Assembly: GCA_964291395.2 (NCBI GenBank)
Contig: OZ219856.1
Coordinates: 512,001 to 576,000, forward strand
DNA from: Alphaproteobacteria bacterium
Lineage (GTDB): Bacteria > Pseudomonadota > Alphaproteobacteria > UBA2966
DNA length: 64,000 nt
Direction: 5' to 3'
A program made the translations under genes and the position numbers. Below are positions 28,789-38,395 of this stretch, piece by piece. Below the pieces are notes generated by a model. The model worked only from the letters and a program-made list of their open reading frames with translations, did no database searches and was not told the origin of the DNA. Position 1 is the first letter of the stretch. Every line of letters starts with the position of its first letter.

Positions 28789-29539
28789 CGAGCCCATCCT
28801 CCGTCCCCAGATAGATCTCCCGGACCTTCGCATCGGCAAGCACCTCGTCCGGAAGCCCTTCGGCGATCTTGCGGCCGAAGTCCAGCACGCAAAGACGGGT
28901 GCATACGCCCGCGATCAGCGCCATCTTGTGCTCGATCACCACACAGGTACGTCCCGGGGCGACGACCTCCCGGATGAGCCGCGCCATGTCCGCGGTCTCG
29001 GCCGGCGTCATCCCGCCCGCGGGCTCGTCGAGCAGCACGAGCTTCGCATCCACGGCGAGCGTGCGGGCGACCTCCAAACGCCGGCGGGCGGGAAGGGACA
29101 GGTTCCTGGCCAGAACCTCCCTGTCCCGGAGAAGCCCGACCTGCTCCAGCACCTTCTCCACTCTTCCCGCTTCGCCACGCGTGCGTGTTGGAGTGCTTCG
29201 CAACAGTCCAAGCAGTCCGCCAGAAACCCGGCTGTGCTGAGCAGCCCATACGTTCTGGAAGACGGTCATGGTCGGAAACAGGCGGATATTCTGAAAGGTG
29301 CGCGCCACACCCAGGCGTGCGATCCGATGCCCTTTCCACCCGGTGATGTCCGTGCCCTGAAACGAGATGCACCCGCCGCTGGGTGCGTACGCGCCGGTCA
29401 CGGTGTTCAGAAGCGTGGTCTTGCCCGAGCCGTTGGGTCCGATGATACCCAGGACGTCTCCGGATGCTACCTCTAGGTCGATCTCGGCGAGCGCGGTCAG
29501 AGCGCCGAAACGTTTCTCAATGCCGCTCAGCGCGAGCAT
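28781..29539 (-). CDS. livG: ABC ATPase (LivG-like), set 2
   Basis: GPNGSGKT, RTFQN, LLDEPAGG, IEH. Confidence 0.88.
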   Translation of the reverse strand: MLALSGIEKRFGALTALAEIDLEVASGDVLGIIGPNGSGKTTLLNTVTGAYAPSGGCISFQGTDITGWKGHRIARLGVARTFQNIRLFPTMTVFQNVWAAQHSRVSGGLLGLLRSTPTRTRGEAGRVEKVLEQVGLLRDREVLARNLSLPARRRLEVARTLAVDAKLVLLDEPAGGMTPAETADMARLIREVVAPGRTCVVIEHKMALIAGVCTRLCVLDFGRKIAEGLPDEVLADAKVREIYLGTEDGLDA

Positions 29540-30434
29540 GATTTTCTCTCGAGAACAGTGCCTTCAGCCGGTGCACCCGTTCCTCGTCGAGGATGCCCCG
29601 GGGCATGAAGATCAGCAGCACCGCCACCAGACCGCCGAACACGATCATTCGGTAGCCCTGGATGAACCGCACCGCTTCCAGGAACCCGATGTCGATGGCG
29701 ACGCCGACAAGGGGTCCGAACGCGGTGCCGAGGCCGCCGATCAGGCCGTAGGCGAGGGCGTGTACGCCGAGCATCACGTTGAAGAACTGCGGCTCCACGT
29801 AGGTGGTGAAGTGGGCGTAGAGCGCTCCGCCGATGCCCGCGATCGCGCCGGCCATGCCGGCGGCCAGAATGCGGTATCGCACCGTGTTCAGACCTTGCAT
29901 TTCGGTCAGCAGGTCGTCGGAGCCGAGCATCCTGAACACCGAGCCCAGCCGGGAGCGCTCGACCAGCAGCAGTGCGATCAGCACCAGCGCCAGCAGTCCG
30001 TAGATGAAGAGCATGAACTCGGTCAGGCTGATGTCGCGTTCGAACATCCAGCGGATGTCGTGGAATCCGTTGGCACCGTCCGGGCCGACCATCTCTCCGT
30101 CGACCTCGACCTGCACTTCGACGATCAGCAGGATGAGGCGCATCATCTCCGCGAACGCTAGGGTCGAGATCGAGAAATACAGCCCGCTGAGCCGCAGGGT
30201 CAGGGCTCCGACTGCCATCGCCATGAGTCCGGCCGTACATGCGCCGATCAGCACTGCCGCCCAGATCGGCAGTCCGAACATTGCGGTGGCGGCGCCGGCC
30301 GCATAGGCGCTCAGGCCGAAGTAGGCCTGCTGGCCGAAGGAGATCTCGCCGGTGATCAGCAACAGATAGGCCGACAGGGCGATGAACGAGATCATCCCGA
30401 TGTTCGACAGCACCGTGACAACGTAATCGTCCAT
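29517..30434 (-). CDS. livM: ABC permease (LivM-like), set 2
   Basis: TGEISFGQQAYFG, GGLGTAFGP; hydrophobic. Confidence 0.88.
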   Translation of the reverse strand: MDDYVVTVLSNIGMISFIALSAYLLLITGEISFGQQAYFGLSAYAAGAATAMFGLPIWAAVLIGACTAGLMAMAVGALTLRLSGLYFSISTLAFAEMMRLILLIVEVQVEVDGEMVGPDGANGFHDIRWMFERDISLTEFMLFIYGLLALVLIALLLVERSRLGSVFRMLGSDDLLTEMQGLNTVRYRILAAGMAGAIAGIGGALYAHFTTYVEPQFFNVMLGVHALAYGLIGGLGTAFGPLVGVAIDIGFLEAVRFIQGYRMIVFGGLVAVLLIFMPRGILDEERVHRLKALFSRENHARAERH

Positions 30435-30437
30435 CTC

Positions 30438-31337
30438 TCAAACTCGCCGGAAGGCGAGCTCCTCGCGGCCGAGAATCCGCTGACCCAGCAAGCCGCCGGG
30501 CCGCAGCACCAGCATTGCGAACAGCAGCACGTAGGCGCTCAGATCCTTGTATTCGTTGCCCAGGTACCACTGGGCATGGGCCTCGACCACGCCAAGCAGG
30601 AGGCCGCCCAGGATCGCCCCGGGCAGAGACCCCATGCCGCCCAGCATCATCGCGATGAGACCCTTGAAGGTGGCCCACAGGCCGAAGAAGGGCGTGATCT
30701 GCTCATCCGTGGCCAGGATGGCGTATCCCGCAACCGCGCCGACCAGGGACACCAGCGCGAAGGCGCACAGCATGACCCATGCTGCGTCGATGCCCATGTA
30801 GGCGGCGGCCCGTGGGCTCTCCGAGATTGCTCGCAACGCCAGGCCATAGCGGGTGCGGTGCAGCAGAAGGTGCAGGGCTCCGACCATGACCGCCGCCAGC
30901 ACCAGCATCGTGATCTGCTCGCCGCGGAACAGGAAGGGTCCGAGCTCGAAGGAGCCGGCGACGATGAGGGAAGGAAAAGAATAGGTGCGCTCGGGTAGCA
31001 GGTGGATCGCGACTTCTTCCAACTGCATCCAGATCACGAAGCTCGACACCATGGACGCGAGCGCGGCATCGCGGCGAACGGCATGGAAACACAGCCGCTC
31101 CACGTAGATGCCGACCAGGACGGTGCACACCACTGTCGTCAGGACGACGACCAGCACGTGGACCTGGTAGTGCACGTGCAGCCATGTGCCGGCGTAGGCG
31201 CCGAGCATGATGGTAGCGCCGAATGCGAGGTTAATCCGGCGCATCACGCCGAAGACGATGGTGAAGCCGATCGCCAGCAACGCGTAGGACGAGCCGAACA
31301 TGATCCCGTCGACGGTATTCTGGACGAAATCGATCAC
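30438..31337 (-). CDS. livH: ABC permease (LivH-like), set 2
   Basis: GSSYALLAIGFT, INLAFG, GGMGSLPGA, RPGGLLG. Confidence 0.88.
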   Translation of the reverse strand: MIDFVQNTVDGIMFGSSYALLAIGFTIVFGVMRRINLAFGATIMLGAYAGTWLHVHYQVHVLVVVLTTVVCTVLVGIYVERLCFHAVRRDAALASMVSSFVIWMQLEEVAIHLLPERTYSFPSLIVAGSFELGPFLFRGEQITMLVLAAVMVGALHLLLHRTRYGLALRAISESPRAAAYMGIDAAWVMLCAFALVSLVGAVAGYAILATDEQITPFFGLWATFKGLIAMMLGGMGSLPGAILGGLLLGVVEAHAQWYLGNEYKDLSAYVLLFAMLVLRPGGLLGQRILGREELAFRRV

Positions 31338-31364
31338 AGCGCGCCTCCCGGATTCGGGGAATGG

Positions 31365-32081
31365 TTAGACCTTCTGTGTCCCGAGGTAGGCCCGGCGAAT
31401 GACCTCGTCCTCTTCGAGCTCGCCGGGTGACCCCGAGAAGGTGATCTCGCCACTTTCGATGAGATAGAACCTGTGGGCCACGTCGAGCGCCATGCGGGCG
31501 TTCTGCTCGACCAGAAGAATCGTGACCCCCTCGGCGTTCAACTCGCGGATGATGTCGAAGATCTCCTCGACGACGAGGGGCGCCAGGCCGACGGACGGCT
31601 CGTCCATGAGCAAGATCCTGGGACGCGTCATCAGCCCCCTGGCGATAGCCAGCATCTGCTGCTCGCCTCCGGACAGGGTGCCGGCGAGCTGACCCTTGCG
31701 TTCTTCCAGACGAGGAAAGCGCCGGTAGATATCCGCGATGTCGGCCGCGACCTCCGCCGCAGGAGCCCGTCTGGCATACGTACCGGCGTGAAGGTTCTCC
31801 TCGACATCCATGCGCGGGAACACCAGGCGGTTCTCCGGCACCAGTGCGATGCCTCTGGACACCACCTTAGGGGCCGGCAGCCGGGTCAGGTCTTCGCCGT
31901 CCAGGACCACGGAGCCGGACCTCGCGGCGAGGATCCCTGCGATGGTGAACATGGTCGTGGTCTTGCCGGCGCCGTTGGGGCCTAGCAGACACGTGATCTC
32001 GCCCTCGGCCGCGTCGAGGCTGATGCCTCGCAGCACCTCGATGTTGCCATAGGCAGTGACGAGGTCTCGAATGCTCAGCAT
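31365..32081 (-). CDS. livF: ABC ATPase (LivF-like), set 1
   Basis: GPNGAGKT, LSGGEQQ, MDEPSVG, VEQN. Confidence 0.9.
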   Translation of the reverse strand: MLSIRDLVTAYGNIEVLRGISLDAAEGEITCLLGPNGAGKTTTMFTIAGILAARSGSVVLDGEDLTRLPAPKVVSRGIALVPENRLVFPRMDVEENLHAGTYARRAPAAEVAADIADIYRRFPRLEERKGQLAGTLSGGEQQMLAIARGLMTRPRILLMDEPSVGLAPLVVEEIFDIIRELNAEGVTILLVEQNARMALDVAHRFYLIESGEITFSGSPGELEEDEVIRRAYLGTQKV

Positions 32082-32085
32082 GGGC

Positions 32086-32862
32086 TCAGGCGCTCCCGTC
32101 GACCGGGCGGGATTTCGGGGCGGATGTCCCGAGATAGGCCTCTTGCACCGCCTTGTCGCGCTGCACCTCGCCCGGAGTGCCGAAGGCGATTTTGTACCCG
32201 AAGTTGAGGACCGCGATCTGCTCCGTCACGCCCATGACGAGTTCCATCACGTGCTCGACGAGCAGAATCGTCACTCCCGAGTCACGCATCCGGCGAATGC
32301 GCCGGCCCAAATTATCGATCTCCTGTCGGCTCATGCCCGCCGCCGGCTCGTCGAGCAGCAGCAGCTTCGGGCGAGCCGCTGCGGCGCGTGCGAACTCCAG
32401 CCGTCGCTGCTCTCCGAATGCGAGATTGGACGCGAGCTCATCGCCCTTGTGTCCCAGATCGGCGAGCTCGAGCAGCCGGGCGATCTCCTTCCGCGTCCGG
32501 CGGGTGGCGCCGAACCAGCGCGGCAGAAAGCCGTGCGCGGAGACGTCCTGGGACGAGTTCTGCGCCACCCACAGGTTCTGCCACACCGTGAGGTTCGGAA
32601 ACAGGCGGATGTTCTGGAACGTGCGGGCGATTCCCGCTCTCAATCGCGTGTGCGGGGGCTTACCGTTCATCAGGTTCCCCCGGAAGTGAACCGTACCGGC
32701 CGTTTCTCCGTACACGCCGCAGATCAGGTTGATCGTTGTGCTCTTGCCCGACCCGTTGGGGCCAATCAAGCCGAAGATATCTCCCTCGTTGACGGTCAGG
32801 TCCAGCCCGTCGAGTGCCTTGACCCCGCCGAAGTGCTTCGATAGTCCGCGCAGCTCGAGCAC
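32086..32862 (-). CDS. livG: ABC ATPase (LivG-like), set 1
   Basis: GPNGSGKS, RTFQN, LLDEPAAG, VEH. Confidence 0.9.
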   Translation of the reverse strand: MLELRGLSKHFGGVKALDGLDLTVNEGDIFGLIGPNGSGKSTTINLICGVYGETAGTVHFRGNLMNGKPPHTRLRAGIARTFQNIRLFPNLTVWQNLWVAQNSSQDVSAHGFLPRWFGATRRTRKEIARLLELADLGHKGDELASNLAFGEQRRLEFARAAAARPKLLLLDEPAAGMSRQEIDNLGRRIRRMRDSGVTILLVEHVMELVMGVTEQIAVLNFGYKIAFGTPGEVQRDKAVQEAYLGTSAPKSRPVDGSA

Positions 32863-32866
32863 CGGT

Positions 32867-33769
32867 CTAATCCCTGCCGCCCAGACCGACCGCCCGCTTC
32901 AAAACCTGAGCGGTACGTGCATCGAACAGACCGGAAGGCTTCAGGTTCATCGCGGCGATGATCAGCAGTCCGAACACGATGTTGCGCCAGTCGCCGAGGA
33001 AGCGGAGCCCTTCCACGAGCACTCCTTGAATGAAAATGACCGCCACCAGGGTGCCGAACACGCTGGAAAGGCCGCCGAGGATCGGATAGGCGATCGCGAA
33101 GGTCGCGAGAAGCACCGTGAAAGTGAGATGATCGACGTAGGTCGCGGTGTGCGCATAGAGCGCCCCGCCGATGCCGGCAATGAAGCCGCCGGCGGTCATG
33201 GCCGTCACCTTGACGGCGGTGAGATTGATCCCCACGCTCTGGGCCGCTAGCTCGTCCTCTCCCACCGCTCGCAACACCGCCCCGGCGCGCGAGCGGTCCG
33301 TCCACCACAGCGCCGCCATGACCAGGATGACGAAGATCCAAACGAAGGCGGTGATCTCCCATGCCGACCAGCCGTTCGCCACGAAGAAGCGTATCTCCCG
33401 AAAGCCGTTGGTGCTGTCCGGTCCGACCTCGATGTCGCCGCGCGGCACGCGCCAGCTCAGATTGAAAAAGAACAGGCGAACGAACTCGCTGAAGGCGATG
33501 GTCGCCACCACGAGCATCAAGCCTTTGACCCGCAGAGCGGGAAAGCCGACGAGGAACGCGAAGAACGACGCGATGGCGGCGGCGGCAAGCAGCGCGGGAA
33601 GAATCGGCAGCTCGAAGATGACGGTGAGAATGCCCGCGGAGTAGGCCCCGATCGCAAAGAAGCCGGCCTGTCCCAGGGAAAGCTGGCCGGTCAGCATCAG
33701 GACGTAGGCGGACAGTCCGAGAAGGGTATGAATCCCGATGAGCTGGACGAGGCCGAGGTAGTACGACAT
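32867..33769 (-). CDS. livM: ABC permease (LivM-like), set 1
   Basis: TGQLSLGQAGFFAIGAY; hydrophobic. Confidence 0.88.
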   Translation of the reverse strand: MSYYLGLVQLIGIHTLLGLSAYVLMLTGQLSLGQAGFFAIGAYSAGILTVIFELPILPALLAAAAIASFFAFLVGFPALRVKGLMLVVATIAFSEFVRLFFFNLSWRVPRGDIEVGPDSTNGFREIRFFVANGWSAWEITAFVWIFVILVMAALWWTDRSRAGAVLRAVGEDELAAQSVGINLTAVKVTAMTAGGFIAGIGGALYAHTATYVDHLTFTVLLATFAIAYPILGGLSSVFGTLVAVIFIQGVLVEGLRFLGDWRNIVFGLLIIAAMNLKPSGLFDARTAQVLKRAVGLGGRD

Positions 33770-33775
33770 CGCCGG

Positions 33776-34672
33776 TCAGTCCCGATCGATGGCCGACCCG
33801 AAAATCCCGTGCGGCCGGAAGACCAGAAACACGAAGAGCAGCAGCAGCACGTACATGTCGCGTTCGTTGACGCCCCGGAAGTACAGGAACACGTTCTCGA
33901 GCACGCCGACCAGCAGACCGGCCGCGATGGCCCCCGGAATCGATCCCAGACCCCCGATGACCGTAACGATCAGGCCCTTGACGGTGAGCGGCACCGTGAT
34001 CAGCGGCGAAAGTACGCCGACCGCCGCCGCCGTCATCGACCCCGCGATACCGCCTAGCAGGCCCGCGAGCACGAAGGTGACGGCATTGGTCCGGTGGACG
34101 TCGATACCGCAAAGCCGGGCCGCCACGTCTTGCTGAGACACAGCTCGCGTCGCCAGGCCCAGACGGCTTCGGTAGAGCACGTAGAGCAGGCCGAAGGTGC
34201 CGGCGATGCACACCGCAAACACGAATAGGAGGTCGCCGCGTATCCCGTAAGGACCCAGCTCTAACATCACGTCGTCGAACATGGCCGGAAACGTGAGCGG
34301 CGAGCCGTCCGTGGCATGCACGATGATCTCGTCGATGAAGAACAGCGCCCCGATCGAGGCCATCAAGGCAGCGAGATGGTTGTCAATCGGAATGAACCTG
34401 AAGCAGGCCACGTACACGATGAAACCCACGAGCCCCGAGGCGAGGGCCGAGACCAAGAAGACGACCAGGGCCGACGCATTGACGAGGGTGAATGCGGCGA
34501 GGCCCACGTACGCTCCGGCCAGGGAGGCCGCGGCATAGGTCATGTTGAGCTTGCCCATGGCGCCGAAGATCAGCGTGAAGCCGATCCCGATCAGAGCGTA
34601 GGTCGCGCCGAACAACAGGCCATCGCCGATGGTCTGGGTAATCTCGACGAACTCGAACCAAAAATCACCCAT
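33776..34672 (-). CDS. livH: ABC permease (LivH-like), set 1
   Basis: GATYALIGIGFT, GGLGSIPGA, RPHGIFG. Confidence 0.88.
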   Translation of the reverse strand: MGDFWFEFVEITQTIGDGLLFGATYALIGIGFTLIFGAMGKLNMTYAAASLAGAYVGLAAFTLVNASALVVFLVSALASGLVGFIVYVACFRFIPIDNHLAALMASIGALFFIDEIIVHATDGSPLTFPAMFDDVMLELGPYGIRGDLLFVFAVCIAGTFGLLYVLYRSRLGLATRAVSQQDVAARLCGIDVHRTNAVTFVLAGLLGGIAGSMTAAAVGVLSPLITVPLTVKGLIVTVIGGLGSIPGAIAAGLLVGVLENVFLYFRGVNERDMYVLLLLFVFLVFRPHGIFGSAIDRD

Positions 34673-34737
34673 GGCCTGATGTCACTCACCCCCCAGCGTA
34701 CGGAGCGTCAGGCAACCTCGCCGGACCGTAACGCACA

Positions 34738-34761
34738 TGACCGGGCCGGCCAACCCGGTCA
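34738..34761. other. intercistronic stem-loop downstream of the binding-protein gene
   Basis: TGACCGGG-N8-CCCGGTCA; position typical of mRNA-stabilising or attenuating hairpins. Confidence 0.45.
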
Positions 34762-34848
34762 CGTTCCCGCCCGGCGGTATGGTGAAAGAGGGTCATCGGA
34801 CCCCTTTCACCTCGCGCTCGAGCAAGTCACGACTCTACCGGAGACTTG

Positions 34849-36129
34849 CTAGCGCGGATCGTGGACGACCTTCCACGTACCGCTGTCGGCCTGCACGAAG
34901 ACGTAGGGCTTGATAGACTCACCCTCGTCCTGCACGCGTCCGATATCTCCCATAAGACCATCGACGTTGGCTAGGGTCTCGAGACCGTCGCGGATCTTGC
35001 GCCGGTCGTCGTTGAGAGTATCGGGCTTGGCCATGACCCCCGTCGATTCGATCACCTGCTTGATGATGTGCGCATTCTCCCAGGCAGCCGCGCTATGAAG
35101 GTCGGCAGACCCACCATTTGCTTCGGCCGCCGCCGCAACCTTCGCCGCAGCATCCGTGATCGGTGCGAAGCCGGTCGGGATGTACATGCCTTCCGCCGCA
35201 GCGGAACAGCCCTTGAGTGTTTCCGCGCTGGACGAGCTGGTGAGCCCTACCAGCACCTTCGGCTTGATCCTTTGACGCTTCATCTCCTTCAACATGCCGC
35301 AGGTGGTGAACGGGTGCGAGGAGACGATCATCATGTCGGCGCCCGATTTCTTGAAGGCACGGGCCTGGACCGAGAAGTTCGTATCGGCCATCAGCCAGTT
35401 CGACGACTTCGAGACCTCCAGCACGTTCTCGTAGCCCTCCCTGACCTTGCCGGTGACCCCTTCGATCCCCCCGCCGACCCACTCGAAGCCGTGCTTCTTG
35501 GCCATCGGCACGATGACGATCGCGAACGTCAGCTTCGAATGCGCCTGGTCGGTCTCAGTGCCGCCGTAGATCGTCTTGGCGTCGGGATACTGGGTGCGCA
35601 GCCAAGCGAACAGCGCGTCATACATAGTGATCTCGTTGGGCACATTGCGGAAGGTCCACTGGGACTTCTTGGCTAGGCCGGGACGGATCGCGGTGTCGGT
35701 GAGAATGGGGAACTGAAGGCCGGTGTCGGACTCGTCGTCCACCGTTTTCTGGAAGATGCCGTACATGGCCGCCGCTGCGCCTGAGCATGTCGGTCCGATG
35801 CCGATCAACGCTTCAGTCTGCGATTCGACCTTGCGTGCGACGGAAATTGCCTGATCGGCGTTGCAGGCGGAGTCGTAGTACGTGAACTCCATCTGGGCCA
35901 TGGTGCCGTCGCCCAGTTTCACGCCGCCGGAGTCGTTTATGGATTGCACCGCCGCCTTGAGCACAGCCTCGGAGTTGACACCGAACGAGCGCAACGGTCC
36001 GGACTTGGCGCCCCATCCGGCGATCTTGACTGTGCGTTCGTCCGCAGCAGACACCGGCTGCGCGAACGCGATCAATGCGGCTACAGCCATGCTGGCCAGA
36101 GCTGTCGTCGACAATCTTACTGCAGACAT
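34849..36129 (-). CDS. ABC substrate-binding protein (Leu/Ile/Val-binding type)
   Basis: Signal peptide; YDSACNADQA, IGPTCSG, WTFRN. Confidence 0.88.
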   Translation of the reverse strand: MSAVRLSTTALASMAVAALIAFAQPVSAADERTVKIAGWGAKSGPLRSFGVNSEAVLKAAVQSINDSGGVKLGDGTMAQMEFTYYDSACNADQAISVARKVESQTEALIGIGPTCSGAAAAMYGIFQKTVDDESDTGLQFPILTDTAIRPGLAKKSQWTFRNVPNEITMYDALFAWLRTQYPDAKTIYGGTETDQAHSKLTFAIVIVPMAKKHGFEWVGGGIEGVTGKVREGYENVLEVSKSSNWLMADTNFSVQARAFKKSGADMMIVSSHPFTTCGMLKEMKRQRIKPKVLVGLTSSSSAETLKGCSAAAEGMYIPTGFAPITDAAAKVAAAAEANGGSADLHSAAAWENAHIIKQVIESTGVMAKPDTLNDDRRKIRDGLETLANVDGLMGDIGRVQDEGESIKPYVFVQADSGTWKVVHDPR

Positions 36130-36310
36130 AGTCGATTCCTCTCTTTGAAGACTTCTATGGGCTAGGTTACAGCCGTTGGTTGTTGAGGGTGGTGAAGCGA
36201 ACGGGTCGCACTCAAGGCCGTCAAATCATCTCGAACTTACGTATTGTTCCGACTGTCCGGCGAGTGGCCGGGACCACAGTTCGCAATACAGTAGATTCTT
36301 CGCGCCGCCT

Positions 36311-36325
36311 ATTTGTCAAGCAAAT
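36311..36325. promoter_or_regulatory. candidate GntR/FadR operator
   Basis: ATTTGTCAAGCAAAT imperfect palindrome in the AT-rich divergent region; a second IR TGCAC-N9-GTGCA at 36371-36389. Confidence 0.35.
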
Positions 36326-36901
36326 TAACATAACCAGTCGAGGCTGATCCGTCGTTTGACCTATACTGACTGCACAACTATGTAGTGCATTGTTATTCGG
36401 CTTTTTTCTGAATAATGAACTAGGAGGTTTCGAAGAGGGGATAATACCGCTCGCGTTGACTCGCTGCATTCGTCAACGCTTGTAGCGAAGCCGCGCTTCG
36501 GAGCTACGAGGCATGAGTTGGAAGAGGGCTGTGGAAGGTTCCGGGCTGCGTCGCCGTCTCGCCTGCGGCGGGTCGCGGGCCCATGATCGTCCATGCGGAC
36601 GAAGCGCAGGTGCTCCCGGAACACCTGCGTTCCCATTCCGACCGCCACCGCGCAAGACTTCGCCAGTTTGGCAGCGACGGCGCCGCGCCGAAAGGATGGA
36701 GCAGAGGCGCGGGCTTGATTACGCGCAGATCAACGTCGGGAGCGACCTGGACTCGTCACCGTCGAGCGTCTTGAACCAAGCCCTCGTTCGTCTGCGCGAT
36801 TACAACCTCGAAACGTCAGGGCGTGATTGTCGAAGTGGTCGCGATTGGACGACTTCGGACCCGTCGCGGCAGACTACTTACCGTCAGAAGGGAGATTGAC
36901 G

Positions 36902-37663
36902 TTGGCCAAGACGAAAGTGAGCTATGGACCGTTGATGACGGCGAGCCTTGCAAAGCAGATTGCCGAGCAAATCCGGGAGTCAATCACCGATGGAACCCTC
37001 AAGGCTGATGACCAGCTCCCGACCGAAGAAGAGCTCGCCCGCCAGTTCCGAGTCTCCCGACCCACTATACGCGAGGCGTTGAAACGGTTGGCGGCGCAGA
37101 GCTTGATCCGGTCGCGGCGCGGCCCGGCCGGCGGTACTTTCATCAACCGTCCGAGCCATGAGGAGGTCAGCTCGAGCCTGACGACCGCTACCGCGCTCCT
37201 GGTCAGCCTGGGTGAATTTAAAATCCCGGAGATCTTGGAAGCCCGCCAGGAACTGGAGGTGCTGTGTGCGCGCCAGGCGGCAGCCTATTGCGGGGAAGCG
37301 GAGCTCGACGCGATGGCCCAAGAGATCGAAATACAGCGACAGGCTTCGATTTCGGACGAGGATTTCTGCGCATCCGATGTTCGGTTTCATCGAGCCATCG
37401 CCGACGCGACCCAAAACTCGGTCCTGAAGTTCGTCATGTTCACCGTGATCGAAGCCCTGCAGCCGATCGAGAACATGGTGGTCTTCCGAGTGCGTGAACG
37501 CGAGGTGATCGTTCGGCAACATGAGGACATTCTGGCCGCATTGCGGTCCAAGGATGCGGATGCAGCGTCGCAGGCCATCCGGGAGCAGACCGCGTATCTG
37601 CGTGAACGTTTCGACGCGGCGCAGGCGATGCGCCGCCGGAAGATTGGCGCCAGGACTGCCTGA
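36902..37663 (+). CDS. GntR family (FadR subfamily) transcriptional regulator
   Basis: TTG after AAGGGAG; LPTEEELARQFRVSRPTIREAL; FCD domain DVRFHRAI...N. Confidence 0.9.
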   Translation: MAKTKVSYGPLMTASLAKQIAEQIRESITDGTLKADDQLPTEEELARQFRVSRPTIREALKRLAAQSLIRSRRGPAGGTFINRPSHEEVSSSLTTATALLVSLGEFKIPEILEARQELEVLCARQAAAYCGEAELDAMAQEIEIQRQASISDEDFCASDVRFHRAIADATQNSVLKFVMFTVIEALQPIENMVVFRVREREVIVRQHEDILAALRSKDADAASQAIREQTAYLRERFDAAQAMRRRKIGARTA

Positions 37664-37675
37664 TTTCTGACTGCC

Positions 37676-37717
37676 GCCATCAACGCATTGCCATCAACGC
37701 ATTGCCATCAACGCATT
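37676..37717. repeat. tandem repeat, 3 x 14 bp GCCATCAACGCATT
   Basis: Three exact adjacent copies just after the GntR stop. Confidence 0.92.
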
Positions 37718-37845
37718 GATCGTCGCAACCAGTGCCATCTTCCGCGACTCAGCGCGTTTCGGCACGGGATATGTTCGGGCCCCGGCGGTCGCCACCGTCT
37801 GTGTCCCCGGGCGGAGAGCGCATAGCGGAGATGCAGGGCGAGGGT

Positions 37846-38096
37846 GAGCAAGGTGTCGGTATCCTCGTAGCCGCAGGCGATCGCCACGATGCGGAAGCGC
37901 AGTATCGTGGTGGATTTGATAGGTCGCGTTGCGGCCCGCGCGAGCGCTCACCCCCGCGCCCGAATTCCGCCGTCAAGCATTGGATTTCCTGATCGCCGTT
38001 CCAGGAATCGGTATTGAAATCATGTTCGTTGTGAGAAAGTTTTCCGACCGGGACGGCCCCCGGAAGCCGCAAGGGAAAGAAGCGGTGAATTGCTGG
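37846..38096 (-). mobile_element. IS1380-family remnant
   Basis: Minus-strand fragment ILRFRIVAIACGYED (37861-37905) matches the IS1380 transposase GYED motif as recalled; possible degenerate end CCAGCAATTCAC at 38085-38096. Confidence 0.55.
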
Positions 38097-38395
38097 AGTC
38101 GCGATCGGCAGAGGCAAAGCGATGGACGTTAGGACGGGCCGGCAGGACGATGCCCACCGTCAAGAAGAGGGTGTTGCTGTCCTCGCGAGCGGCAGCCCCA
38201 GCCGTTGGGCGGGTAGTGGATCCGCCACCAGGAATCGTCGGCGGACGGTACGGTTCGATGCGTTGCCGGGAGTGAATGATCCCAACCGGACCGGCGGCGC
38301 GCCTCGTAATCCATCGGAGCCCGGTCACGGGCTCGACCATGCGCGTGGAACCTGCCATCGTGGAGCCCGGAACGAATCGTCCGCGACACGAGCCC

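Noticed and set aside
37676-37717. CRISPR or iteron array
   Set aside because: Only three contiguous 14-mers, no spacers and no rep or cas gene.
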